This document shows, in pieces, positions 1 through 12,584 of a DNA stretch of 64,000 nucleotides. The stretch is from Epiperipatus broadwayi (Eukaryota; Animalia; Onychophora), in assembly GCA_028023455.1 (NCBI GenBank), contig JAQFVV010000005.1:992001-1056000 (forward strand), written 5' to 3'. The position numbers were made by a program, and so were the translations under genes. The notes under the pieces were generated by a model, which saw only the letters and a list, made by a program, of their open reading frames with translations, was not told where the DNA came from and made no database searches. Each line of letters begins with the position of its first letter. The stretch's first letter is position 1.

Positions 1-1554
1 ATATTTTATTTTAAAAGTTTTTTTGAATAGAAATGTCATTTCAATTGAGTTTTGAAATGTCATTGATTGATATAAGTATTAGTGGTGAATTCAGATAAAA
101 AAAAAAAATCATATTTTTTAATGTACCCATGAATTTCTTTGTCTTTTCCTTCACTGTCTCTCATTGGAGTTATTATCCTTGATCTGTAGTGGTCTACTTA
201 AGGGCTTTTGTATTTTTCTCTTACATTTTTATCTTATATACATTATATTTGAAAGTAGAAATTAATCTTTATTTCTGCTTGTTAGTTTTGTTGTTGTTGT
301 TGTTGCAAAACAATTAGCTATTAATGAAATGGGTTTTTTTGGGGGGAGGGGGGATCTTTAAAAAAATCATTTAATTAAAATTTATCATAGACAAAAATTA
401 GAAATTAGCTCCCTTGTTTATGTGAGTAGATTACATCTGTTCATGGTGTTGAATTTGTAATTTTATTTTAGAGGAAATATTTGTAATTTTATTTTAGAGG
501 AAATATTTGTGTTTCTTGATATATATATGTGAGGTTAAAAAAAATAAAAGCCTTAGACTGCTACAGGAAAATGACTTTTCTAGCATATTTTCACAAAAAA
601 ACCATCTGAAGTGCATTACTTTCAGGCTAGTCAATTTTTGATTGGTGAAAATACCACAATAATCTGTAAATAACTGGCTTATGTTATGGACTTTGTGAAA
701 AAAAAATTAAGCTTGCTTAGATATTTTCAGTTACCCAAAAAAACTTCCAAATCCTCCCAATTAAGAAATTTTTCTTTAAGAAGATTAAAAATTATGGTCA
801 AATCACTATTTTCTTTTTTAAAAAAATCTTAATCAAAAAAACCATTTTGATTATTGTTCCCAATATTTCAACGCTTTATTGTCTTTTTTTTAAGGGTGCA
901 AATAATATAAAACTGGAAAGAAAATATTAGGTGTAAATTAATGGGGGGGGGGTGATATTAAAATTTTCAGAAGTATAAATGATACATGTTACATACAATT
1001 TTTTTTTTTTAAAATTAGTATATTAAAAAGCAACTTAGTTTATTCTTTTTTTACAGAAAAAAAAAAAATCTTTAAAATAATTAAAATTTTTTAAAAACAT
1101 TACCATGATTTATATTTTTCCAAACCATTTTCTCTTTTAAATTTAATGCCTATTATTAAAACTTCCAATAAATTAAAAATCCAATCACTCATTATCTACA
1201 TATACAATTTTTTTTTAATTCTATAAAATAAGCAATTGTTAATAAATATTAAAATAAAATTATTTCTGATAAAGATGTGGATGTGAATACATGAATAAAA
1301 GCAGCTATCTTCTATAACTAAATGAATAATAATGAAGCTTCAGATGGCTTTAAAGAATGGATTATCTAAAAGATAATCTAGAGTCTAAACAACGTAAATT
1401 CCATTGTTCATTTAAAAAAGAATAAGCAGGATTAAAATACTTGTCTTTAGCAATTACTTACCTCTCAATAAGAAGGAAGTATGATCAAATTACTGAAAGA
1501 ATAGGTTAAGCAAACCATATTAGAAGTGCTAATATCAGTGATAACCAATAAAAT

Positions 1555-1615
1555 ATCACATGATCACCATTTCCTATGCTTACACAATCTGTTATAAACT
1601 GTACAGAGAATTTGC
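1555..1615. repeat. Miniature, decayed family C insertion (minus-oriented terminus plus plus-oriented fragment)
   Basis: atcacatgatcaccattt... matches the reverse complement of the family C end at 45485. actgtacagagaatttgc resembles actgtatagagagttttgc of family C. Confidence 0.5.
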
Positions 1616-2914
1616 TACTGTTAATTATCAATGATAGTTAATTAGCAGTGAAGAGAAATAGTCTTGATTTAATATTTTTGGTTTTGTCCATTAGGAAAGA
1701 TTTTTGTTTGCCAAACCATATCTTCACTATTTTTTTAAGTCTTTCTATTCATTTACTTTATTTTAGACTCTTAGAATTATTATGCAGTACTATTTTTCTA
1801 TGCATTTCGGTGAGTTAAAGCATGTATATACATGCATTATCTGGGAAAGACTGAATGCATATTGTTCATGCAATTTTCAGCATGTTGCCAAGAATTACCC
1901 TACTATTCCAGTATGCAGTAATCAGGTATTTTTTTTTATAGTGATAAAAGACATCAAGCCTACTGCAATTTATAAATGGATGTTAGTATAACAAAAATAA
2001 GTATAAGAGAAAGAAAATTTTTATATTGGAGAAAAAGATTTAAATCTATCTAAATATAATGGAAAGATATATGGTTTCAGCAGCAACCAAAAATATTAGA
2101 TGGAATAATGAAATTTGTGGATCAGTATAAAAATTGCCCAGAATTGCCAGATATCTGCCCTGAAAAGTAATGTCAAAATTAGAGATTTATATTGTGAGGA
2201 ATATTGCAAATAAAAACTATTTGGTTTTTTCCATGTCATCATAATGAAGTAAAGGGTTCATTATGATGTAAGATATGATAAAAAATACATTGACTTGTGA
2301 TTACAATCAGTGGCATACAAAAGCCATAGTTTATCCTCTTGTTTACTTATGTCAACTGCCTTTTAATCAGAGAATTTATCATACATATATTTATAAACAG
2401 GAATTGTCTTTAATTTTTACAGCTCTTTTGACTAATAGATTAAACCGTACACAATGGGTGTCTCTATTATAGGCTAGTATATATAATAATTCATAAGTAT
2501 GTAAGTAAAATTGTAAAAGGGTACACTAATAAATATTGTGTATTATTTAATGTATAAAAAAAATTTTTTTTTGTTCAATGTTTTGTTATACTCCTACATT
2601 ATTGTGAATATTTCTAGATAGCAAATAAATCTGGAAAGATTATATAGTATAACAATATATTGTATTATTTAATATAAAAAAAAGCTTTAGGCAATGTTTT
2701 ATTGCCTTCATCATTGTAACATATATTGTTGAGCACAGACTTAAATAATATAATGCAATATTTGTTGTCATATAATCTTTTCATTTATTTATATACATGC
2801 AGAAAACAACATAATAAATTATGCTTACATATATATAATCTTGAAAGGGATTTGGACCCAGATTTTCAAACTCCCTACAGTCATCCACTTTATTGAATAT
2901 AACCGTTATACATG

Positions 2915-2995
2915 GTCTCATACATATGAAAAAGGTAAATAATATCCAATATTTGTATTATGTGCTGAACCAGCACTCATCAGTTGGGTTCAAAT
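2915..2995 (-). ncRNA. Degenerate family B hammerhead fragment (motif 2946-2986)
   Basis: Minus strand reads CCAA CTGATGA GTGCT GGTTC AGCAC ATAA TACAAATA TTGG. Stems I and II are intact, but GAAA is mutated to ATAA. Flanks match the family B unit. Confidence 0.7.
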
Positions 2996-3118
2996 TGCCT
3001 TTAATTACATCAAATTTCATTATATACATTATAATTGTATTTCAATATTATATATAATCTTGTTTTTTTTTTTTTTGTTTCAGCACTATCCTCTGCTATT
3101 TGATTTACCCCTCTTGCC

Positions 3119-3141
3119 ATGGCTAAAGTTGGAATTAATGG
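3119..3141 (+). CDS. GAPDH: GAPDH coding exon 1 (MAKVGING, phase 2); 5'UTR part 3084-3118 follows a poly-T/CAG acceptor
   Basis: (T)n-cag acceptor ends at 3083. GCC ATG GCT AAA GTT GGA ATT AAT GG|GTATGT donor. GG plus the first A of the next exon makes Gly of GINGFGRIG. Confidence 0.93.
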
Positions 3142-3729
3142 GTATGTAAAATATTACCCTTTTTTAAAAACTCAGCTTTTATCAATTTAATTTTTAAATG
3201 TTTTTCTATTTCAGTTTTGTCTGCATTTTTGAAATCAAGTTTATTTGTTGATTGTTAATTTATCAGTAATTTTCTTTGACAAATTGACCTAGAAATGTAT
3301 TAAACTAACAGTAATGTTTAAAGTACCTACTTATTTTTTGCTGCTTACAAGTATTTTGACCTGTTTTTTTATCATATGGATTTTTTTTTAGTTTCAATGT
3401 AAATTTTTTTATAAAATTTAAATTTTTAAAATTTATTTTATTAAAATTGCTATAATTATCTTGATCTACTTTTTTTTTTTTTTTGGCTATCCAACATCAT
3501 TAAATTAAATGACCATTACCCCATGTAAATATTTTATATTTTATTTAGAAGTGTTTTTAACCATCATTTTTCATATTTATTTTTTACATTTATAGATATT
3601 AGAAAAATAATTATCTTGACTAAATAAATCCATAAGTCACTTGCAAGATCTTTCACAATAAAAATTTAGTTAAGTTGTCTAACATTTTCGACTGTCTAGC
3701 AGACTTCTTAAGAGTGAGACCATTGAAAC

Positions 3730-4780
3730 GGACAAGTAATTGAATTAGATAAAAACATGAAAAGAAGCTATGCAGAAGTGAATTTTTGGAGATTTTAAGA
3801 CAACAATACAGAGGAAAAAAGCATACTATAGCTAAATAGGCTTTTAAAAGAAGTGGTAGATTATTTGTAGTAGTAAAATTTGAATTAAGCCAAAGGCTTG
3901 TTAAATATTTTATTTACTTGAAACAGGTTTGTATGAATTAGAAAAAGAAATTTGAAAACGTAGAAACTTTTGAATGTGGATTTGGAAAAGTGGAAATATT
4001 TTATATAGAAAAAGGTTTTAAAATGAGATACTATAGAATTATTTTTAATTATCACAGTTTTTAGAAAAGAGAATTACAATTAGTAAATAGAGCTCTAAAA
4101 GTTTATTTTGTTGCATTTTTCACAATGCTTTTTATTCAGTTCCTTTATCACAGTTTTGATCATTTAACAGTCTTCTTCAGAGCTAGGTAGAAACTGTTAG
4201 GTAATTGAATTAAATAAAAACTTTGGAAAAAGTACAAAGAAGAAATTTATTTTTAGGGATTTATCTTAAATAACGAAAAAAGAATCAAATAATATTCTTC
4301 AAAGACTAAGCAGCCTTCTAAAAAGTCTAGAAGATTATTTGGAATATTAAAGTTGGAATTAAGGAAAAGATTAGTTAAATGTTTTGTTTATAACATACTT
4401 GTATATGAATCACAGATTTGCATGAATTATGAAAAAAGGGAGGGGGAAAGATAACAAATTTCAAGATGTGGATTTGGAAAAGAATGTGAAAAGGGAATAA
4501 CATTTGCACTCTTTAAAGAGAATAAGAGATATTATTTGTTGTGGATATTATGAAGTGGAAGAGAAATTAAATTGTTCATATATTTAATGTCAGAAGAATT
4601 GTGAATGATATGTTGGAAAGGTCTGTAAAGAATAAGAAGAGAGATAGAAGAAAGAAGTTGATTGATTTGAAGAAGTATTTCAAAATTAAAGCAGTGGGCA
4701 GAGCTTGAAAAGAGTTGCAGGTTTGGTGTGCAGTCTTTTTGGCATGTGAATATAATAGTGATGATAATCATAATACAATA
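3730..4780 (+). mobile_element. Decayed RTE-type LINE C-terminal fragments
   Basis: Broken frames resemble 'ETFEMWIW.R' (around 3965) and 'RKRLVKCFV..ILVYES..FEMWIWKRM' (4365-4490). Many stops and frameshifts. Confidence 0.55.
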
Positions 4781-7502
4781 AATTATTTAATAAGTATTGA
4801 TGGTTCCCGTGATCCATTACATCAGAGCTTGTGGTTCACCTTTTATCATTTCTGTTGCTTGAATTTCATAGAAACCCCCAAGCAATAAACCATTCACTTA
4901 TATATGTAGTTTATGTACTTTGATTTAATAAATGTAACATATTTGTTTCAAGAGAATACTTTATTAATAATCAAAAATTCATAGCAATATGGAAAAGCCA
5001 ATATTTCTTTGTGCTGCCATTTATTATCTACAGAGTCCAGTTGATTATTCGGGCTACTTCAGCAGCTCTGAAATGGAGGAAATAAGAATGAATTACTAAT
5101 AAAGAAAATTAATATTTCATTGGAAAAATGGTTTCCATTAAAAATAGTTTTTAAATGCACCTAAATTTAGAAGTATGGAATTTGTGTGGACTGAACATGC
5201 CTCCGGACATCCAGTTGGATTAATGATGATGTATAATAATTGTATTTAGTTTTGGATATTTTATATACAGTTTAGAAATTTTTTTAGTTAGTAAGACTTT
5301 CTTCTTATTGATTTATTTACACATACCGATATTTCGGTATATTACAGTCAAAATGGATGAATAATGAACGTAAACTTTTATTAATGAATGTACACCATCA
5401 CTTAATTAGTCTGAACATGTTCTACACTATTATCTATTTACATTAACAAAAGTGTTTTTTCCATTGTTTGTCGTTAATGAACTTTTTTAGAATATGACAG
5501 TTCATGTGGTAGCTGCTGTTTTATCATGCTTATGTTTACATTACGATTTTAAATTCACTATGCATTCAGTCAAAAAATATTCTGTTTAATTATTTAGGGG
5601 ATTTTTATCCCATGGTTCTGTTTAATCTGCTTTATGATAAAAGTCAAAGAATGTTTTTGGGCAGCTGAAGTTTGTGTATTCAGGTTTTTGCTGCATTGAG
5701 ATAACGCTTTTAAATTTCATTACCAATTTGATTTAAATTAACTTAGTGTTTAATCATTTAATCTATACATTTTCATAAATGTTTTGAAAGACAGACATTG
5801 TTTGTTTTAATAATGGTTCATTTAGACTATTTTAAAATCAAATCAAAGAATGTTTTTTAAATCCACTATAATATAACATTAATTGGAAGGTTTCAGGTCG
5901 GATCAAAATATCTTTTTATGATTCCTAATATGCTTCTGTATGTTAGAACTATAATGTCACATTATTTATGAAATTTAAAAAAAAAAACAAGAATGTCTTC
6001 ATAAACAGAGATAAATCATTTACTAAAACATTTATTTTTTATAATAACTTTTTTGATTTAGATGATTACTTATCTATGAAGGTGTTTCTGTGTTGATTGA
6101 ACTTCCTTGTTGCTAATATACAACTGCTTTATATTTTTTTGAGGTGATAAGAAATTCTATCTACAGTTTTAAAATCTCTTGGGTTTTCAGCCTCTTCTTA
6201 CATAAAAACAATACTTTTTATTTTGTAAACATCTGACCCCAAAATATATTACTTTGGAATGGGGTGTGTGTGATAAATTTATGAATTAGAAATAAAAATT
6301 TATAAAAGAAAAATTATAATATTTTGCCTTCAGTATACCTGACTTTTAAAATGTATGGGTTTAATTAATATAGCTAATTCTCTATTGATTAACATAAGTG
6401 AAACATTTCATAATATGCTCTTGCCATCAAATTTTTAATTCCATTTATTCAATTTCGTGTTTATTATTTATCATGGTGCAGAATATGAAAATAATTTTTT
6501 AAGAAATGAGATAATTGAGAACTGACGGCAGTGTTGTATTACACATTGTACATTTTTTTTTTGCACTTCATATATGCCACAAATATTTATGTAAGTCAGA
6601 TGTGCATAGATTTGATTTATCTATTTAGAAAATTGCTTGCAAGAAGTATATAATTGTTCTTTGTTTTTTCTGCAAAAAAAAAAATAATAATAATTTGAGA
6701 TTTTATGCTTTCTCCAATTTACTAACTTGCATAAAAAGCAATATAGAATATTGCCATACTTTTTTACACTATTAGATTATAATATATTTAAGTTTACTGA
6801 GTAATAATAATAATAAAAAAAAATGTTTAATATTAGTTAACAATGGCTATATAAATATACAACAGTAAAAAGGAGCGGATAATCAGTAAATGCAGTTATT
6901 TTTTCATTTCAGCTATAATCAGTTGTATCTTTGTAACAATAATAAGCCGGTTTAATTATATTTAATAGGCTCATATTTATATAAATAATTTTTGTATTGA
7001 AAAAAGTTTAAAAAAACTAATTTTATTATTACATATTTTTAGTATATTACAATGTGAAATATTATGCATAAATAATACTGATATATCACAATGTTACTCA
7101 ACCCTTGCAAGGTCACAGCACATGTGCAAACTATTAATATTTTGATGACACTAAATGCAGCTGATTAATTATGAAAAGTTTAATTCTTATTGTACATTCA
7201 TTATATAGCTGTACTAAAACAATAGCACAATTTTTAGAGCATATTAAATATTATCCATAAAGCATTATGTTTGGATATTTATATAATATATATATATATA
7301 AGATTATTGAAATATTTAAAATAGCAAAAACTTAGAGAAAGAAAATGCAGTTTTTATAATGCACAAGATATAAACAAAAAACTATGTACTGTATCGCTAA
7401 CAAATATATGATTTGAGAACACACATACTCTGCGTTACATAGGAATCATTTATTATTAAATGATCAGATTAAATTTAATAAGAAATAATTAAGTCACTAG
7501 AC

Positions 7503-7578
7503 ATCACATGATCACCATCTCATATGCTAGCACATAACTGCACAGGCTGGCACTACTGTATGGAGAGTTTTGCCTGTT
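7503..7578. repeat. Miniature family C insertion with internal inversion
   Basis: 7503-7540 (atcacatgatcaccatctcatatgctagcacataactg) matches the reverse complement of the family C terminus. 7549-7578 (ggcactactgtatggagagttttgcctgtt) matches family C in the forward orientation. Confidence 0.7.
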
Positions 7579-7879
7579 AAATAATTAAGTCTTAATAAAA
7601 GTGAAATATAAAATGTTTAAATGCAAACTTGCAAAAGTAAAATGTTGTGTCATCTTGTCGTTTAAGAAAATAAAAGAAAGTTTAGTAATAAAGAGCAAGT
7701 AGAAGGGGGGGGGGATTAACTAAGTAAAAAGTTAAAAATTAGTTCTTTTTATAAAGTAAGAAAAAAAAAGAAATGTAAATTAAACTAAAATATAGCATGT
7801 AAAAAGAAAATTGTCGAATTTGCAAGTCATTTAAAGATTGCTTGGCTGATAAAGAAAAGAAATAATGACTCCCATTGCA

Positions 7880-8078
7880 TTAATTAAAGAAACAAAGTAA
7901 AGGACTATGGACATTATCTCATCAAACATTAGATTAATCTAAGCAAGAATTTAGATTGAAACACAATGCTAAATTAATTAAAGAAACAAAGGAAAGGATT
8001 CAGGACTGTATCTTATCAGAATGTTAGATTAATCTACTCAACAATTTAGATTAAAACATAACGGAAAATTAATTAAGG
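7880..8078. repeat. Diverged tandem duplication, about 94 bp period
   Basis: ttaattaaagaaacaaag...ttagattaatct...atttagatt recurs at 7880 and 7974. Confidence 0.75.
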
Positions 8079-10325
8079 AAATATCAATTAACTATATCAA
8101 ATTGGCGAATGATAACTAGAAAACAATAAGGAAGAAGCATATAAAAGGATTGAGAAATTCATTCACTCATTCTTATTATAACATTGTTATTATATTATAT
8201 TATTATTTTCATTATTATTAAGCATTGCTGTATTATAAGAAAACTTGTAAAGAAAAGAAAACTGAAAAGTCTGTAGCATTTTCGGTATGCAGGGCTAGAC
8301 AGCAACCAAAGTATGTGACTAGCCTTCAATCTCAATCCTTCATAACATCAGATATTCTCCATCTAGAAGTCTTGTATGCCCTTGTGATTTGAAAACTACG
8401 GAAAATTTCTCTCCATCATGAAACATAGAAAATCAGCAAAAAGCCAAATTATCGATGTAAAAAGAAAGGCTAACCTGTTGGTGATCAACAAAGCAGGAGA
8501 AAGCAATGAATTGTGTCCATGAAAAGTTTAATGTGTTATCGGCAAAAATCCTAGGTAAATATTCTTTATTAACCCAATCTAAAGATTTGAACATTTATTT
8601 GAATGAAAAACTCTAATGAACTTTGATAATATAGCCATAGTAATCTTTAATGTTGATTTGTTCAAATTTTGCCGTGTTATTAGTAACTCATTATGATGTG
8701 TTTTAATTACGAGTATATATAAAATTTTAATATTGCTTCCATAAGTTGGTGTGTTGTATTTTAAATGTGTGTGTGCTTATATTTAAATCTTGTTATAATA
8801 TGTTTAACTATGAATATGTGGGAATAAGTTATTTATTTGTTTGCTTAATTATTATCTGATCGGTTCTCTCTCTTATAATTGCTTCATGAATAGATTAAGT
8901 TACAGTTAATTATAAGTGTATTAAAGTTTTTTTTTCTTTTCCACAATTGAAAAAACAAGATAGCTTGGGATATATCAAGCGCTATATTGTATACCCGTCG
9001 TCTGGGCATGCTGATTATATAACATTTGATTAGCTGGCTTCTGACGTCTTACCTCAAAAATGAATAAAAATGCTTTGGATGGCAGAGGTTTGAATTTAAC
9101 AGCCGAGGAGTTTTATAATCTGGAAATGTGGCCACAGGTTATACTTTGCATAGCTTCAGTCTGATTAAAGATACCGTTTGTGTTTCATCTACCTGTGGTA
9201 GTTGACTTCTCTGCTTGAAGGGCCGGTCTGCTGCAATAGTGAAAGTGCAGACAGAATCAAGATAGAGATTCTAAAATATAGATATCATAGCGATTTTCTC
9301 CTACCCGGTTCAATACATATATACAAATAATAAACTATAAATTGCTTATAGCCAGGTGGTTTGTCAATGTAAATTGCATGATACAGTAAATGCTTAAATA
9401 AAGCATATAAAGCAGCTTATGATTTTTATATACATACACACACACACTAGAATCAAACTTTCCTTATGTTGTTAATATCAAGAATTGTGAGATTTTCTAT
9501 TTCTGTAAAATCGAAGAAAGTGTATATAAATTGCCACTTTATATTTACTGGTCAGTCTGATTAAAAGGCTGACAGATTAATATTAAGTGTTGGAAAATTT
9601 ACTATTTCATTGGTTATATATAGTATGAAGCAATGTATTTATTTACTGTATATATATATATTGTAACCTTTTGTTTACTCTGGCTTCCAAAGGAAATTAT
9701 TTTTATGGTTAATTTGTAAAAAATTTACATTTTTTTTGTACAATTTACTCATATCTTTTAGTTTAGAACTTTCTATAATGGTATATAAGTGGGATGTTAG
9801 GTATCAATAGTGTTGTAAAGCTATGTTTCAATCTTGTATTGACATAAAATTTAAGTTTTTAAGCTGCATATTAGAAGCATAAGTTATAGTCAAAAGTTAA
9901 GATAATATCAGTTAATTTTATATTTCAACAGTAATTTTGTAAATCAAGTAATAGGTAATCATGGTAAGATAAGTTAGTCTATAATATTATAAAGTCAAAT
10001 TAAAACTAAGTCTGTATTATTGATTAAATAGTAAAGTAAATTATAATTTATTTTATCATATTAAATGAATGGAGTTTTATAACATTCAAAATATTATAAT
10101 AGACATTTTAATTAATTGAAGACAGTGTTACTTTAAATGTGTGTGTGAATACATGTGCTTGCATAACTTGTATAAAACTAATAGTTTTACTTCCTTGTTC
10201 AAGGTTGATTTTATTATAGTGCTTGGAAGTTAACAAAGTAATTTTAGTATAATATTAAAAATTTTGAAAATAATAAAGAAAATGAGAATATATTATATAA
10301 AACTATATTTGATAAATGTGGTATA

Positions 10326-11521
10326 CACCTAGATTTCATTTTATGCGGTAGATAGATTCCACAGAAAATCCACATTAAAAAAAAGTGCACAAAAATAGAC
10401 TTAATTTACCTTGAACAATGGGGGATATTCTGTAATTTTCAGAAATCGCATAAAAGCAAAGCAACAAGGAAAAATTACTTTAAAATTCGTATAAAAAAAA
10501 ATAAGAAAATAAAGTATGACTAATAAAAAATTTCAAATATTTGAAAAAAATTAATACAAGACAAACTTTTTTTACTTTTTTTTATTAACTACATTTTTAA
10601 TTTTACATTTTTTCATACATATTTTAATTATTATCATTATTTGACAATATGCAGTTCGTTTGTAAACTGGTAAGAAATCAGATTCATCGATGTGAAGTAT
10701 AACTAATGCCACTTTCAGTCTTGTGCTGTGTTAATAGTTTTCTGTTGACAATGTAATCGGTGATTAAACTTTGAGATGATGATTTTACTAATTGTTTATA
10801 AAGCTCACGATATCCAGACATATAACTAATTTAGCTCTCGTTGGAATTTAAGAGGCTGTTTATTGCAGCAAACTCAGATTTCAGCATTTTCTGACATTTT
10901 TCTTTGTCTCACACATCAACATAATTAAATGATTAATACTTATCAGAAAATAATAAATTTGTCTTCATTTGATAGATATTTGTCTGAAATAAATTTTAAT
11001 TGTTCACATTTTGTTTCTATATTAAAAAAATGAGATCACAATCAAAACAAAAAGATTATACATTATCATTAGAAAGATTATTTTCAGTTTACAAAATCAA
11101 TAAAATCTTCATTAATTATTTTAAAAATCTAAAAGAATATTTATTTCTGTTATATCTAACAAAATATGTTTTAAAAGTTTAAAATTTTTGAATATTTATT
11201 GCAATATTTTTATACTCGTGTAAGTATAAATCTATTATTATTATTTACTCATAAGTATACACGTAGAAGCTAAGATTCTAAATACAGCTTCAAGCCATAT
11301 TCATGTTGGCTGTTAATATAAGTTATACTTTTGAAAAAAAGTATTTCAAATCAAAATAAGTTATTAATAATTTAAATTTCTTGATATCTAATAAATAGAG
11401 TGAAATATGAGCTTCTTTATCACATAAAAGAAAACCCACATAAAAAGATATTAAGAAAAAACATGAATCACGTAACTTCAACATTGCATTAAAAAAATCC
11501 GCATAAAACAAGACCCAGGTG
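10326..11521. mobile_element. Non-autonomous pogo/Tigger-like DNA transposon (family D copy 1), TA target duplication
   Basis: TA|CACCTAGATTTCATTTTATGCGG ... CCGCATAAAACAAGACCCAGGTG|TA terminal inverted repeats. The interior aligns with 38185-39218. Confidence 0.88.
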
Positions 11522-12584
11522 TATTAATTAAAAGTAAAAAAGAAAAATGAATATTTTGAGGATAAAATATTTATTAAATATTAGGTAACTTTGTTAATTT
11601 ATAGTTATTAGATAATAGAATTAATTATTTTATTTTAAATCTATTTTATCTTAATTAACTAATAAAAATTAATTGGTTCTCAATTTGCTAGATATCATGT
11701 GAAAAAGTTTATAAAAGCTGAAGTCAAATATGTCTAGACATTCCCGGACTCCTGAATCTCTCACTCATTCTCATTACTTTTTAAAATTTTTTCTCAGACA
11801 CTGAACAGTCTGAGAATTTTACTTAATTGTATGACTCTGAGAAAATTGAATTAATTTTGCTAATTAAGTATAGCTGAATATGTTAAAAATGTATCTTTAA
11901 GAAATCAAAACAAGAATGTCAAATAAATATTATATCAAAGAATGTTTAAGTAGTATGACAAAAAGAATGGAGTATAAAAACATTATTTTCTATGGAGGCA
12001 TAATTCTATACTAGATATATAACCTCAATAGAAAATGAATTATACACCTTACTTGGAATTTGCTTAGTATCTTTGAATAAATGCCTCTTATCAACAAGAA
12101 GTCATTCACGAGTAATTCCACAAATTCTGTAAGAATGCATTTGTCTTTTTATTTTTATACTAATTCCGGTAATATAAACTTTAAATTAGGCAGTGAAATA
12201 ATTAATAGTATGACTAAACCTAGACTTTCTAAGCATTTTAGAACTTTATCATTAATTATAAATAACTTTGTTTGGAACTTTGATAATAAACAAGTTATCT
12301 GAATAATTTATTTAAATGCACTATAAGATTATCATTTTTTTTCACTATGGGTTTATTAAAGCTAACTGTTTATTTACGATGATATTACTCCTTTAAGACA
12401 GGTTTGAAATGAAATCATTATCATAAATTGTTTATAGAAGGATTGGATATCTTAAGGAAAAAATTCAAGTTTAATTATTCTTATGAATAATTAATAAATT
12501 GCATTCTACTAATGGTTATTGGGAAATAAATAAAGTTGGAAGATAATATGAATATAAAAATACTTATACTTCATTTAAGTATAT

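Noticed and set aside
1-3083. GAPDH promoter or first non-coding exon
   Set aside because: No CpG island, clear core promoter or supported donor site was seen. The region reads as intron, so the TSS is probably upstream of the window.
5300-6300. Possible decayed second PLE on the minus strand (VYKI and TRKFNQHR-like fragments; ACCGAAATATCGGT hairpin)
   Set aside because: The motif fragments are too short and frameshifted to support without a profile search.
8417-8555. Short ORF MKHRKSAKSQ... followed by an AG|GTAAAT donor-like site (nested exon?)
   Set aside because: It stops after 34 codons, has no recognisable homology and has no partner exon.
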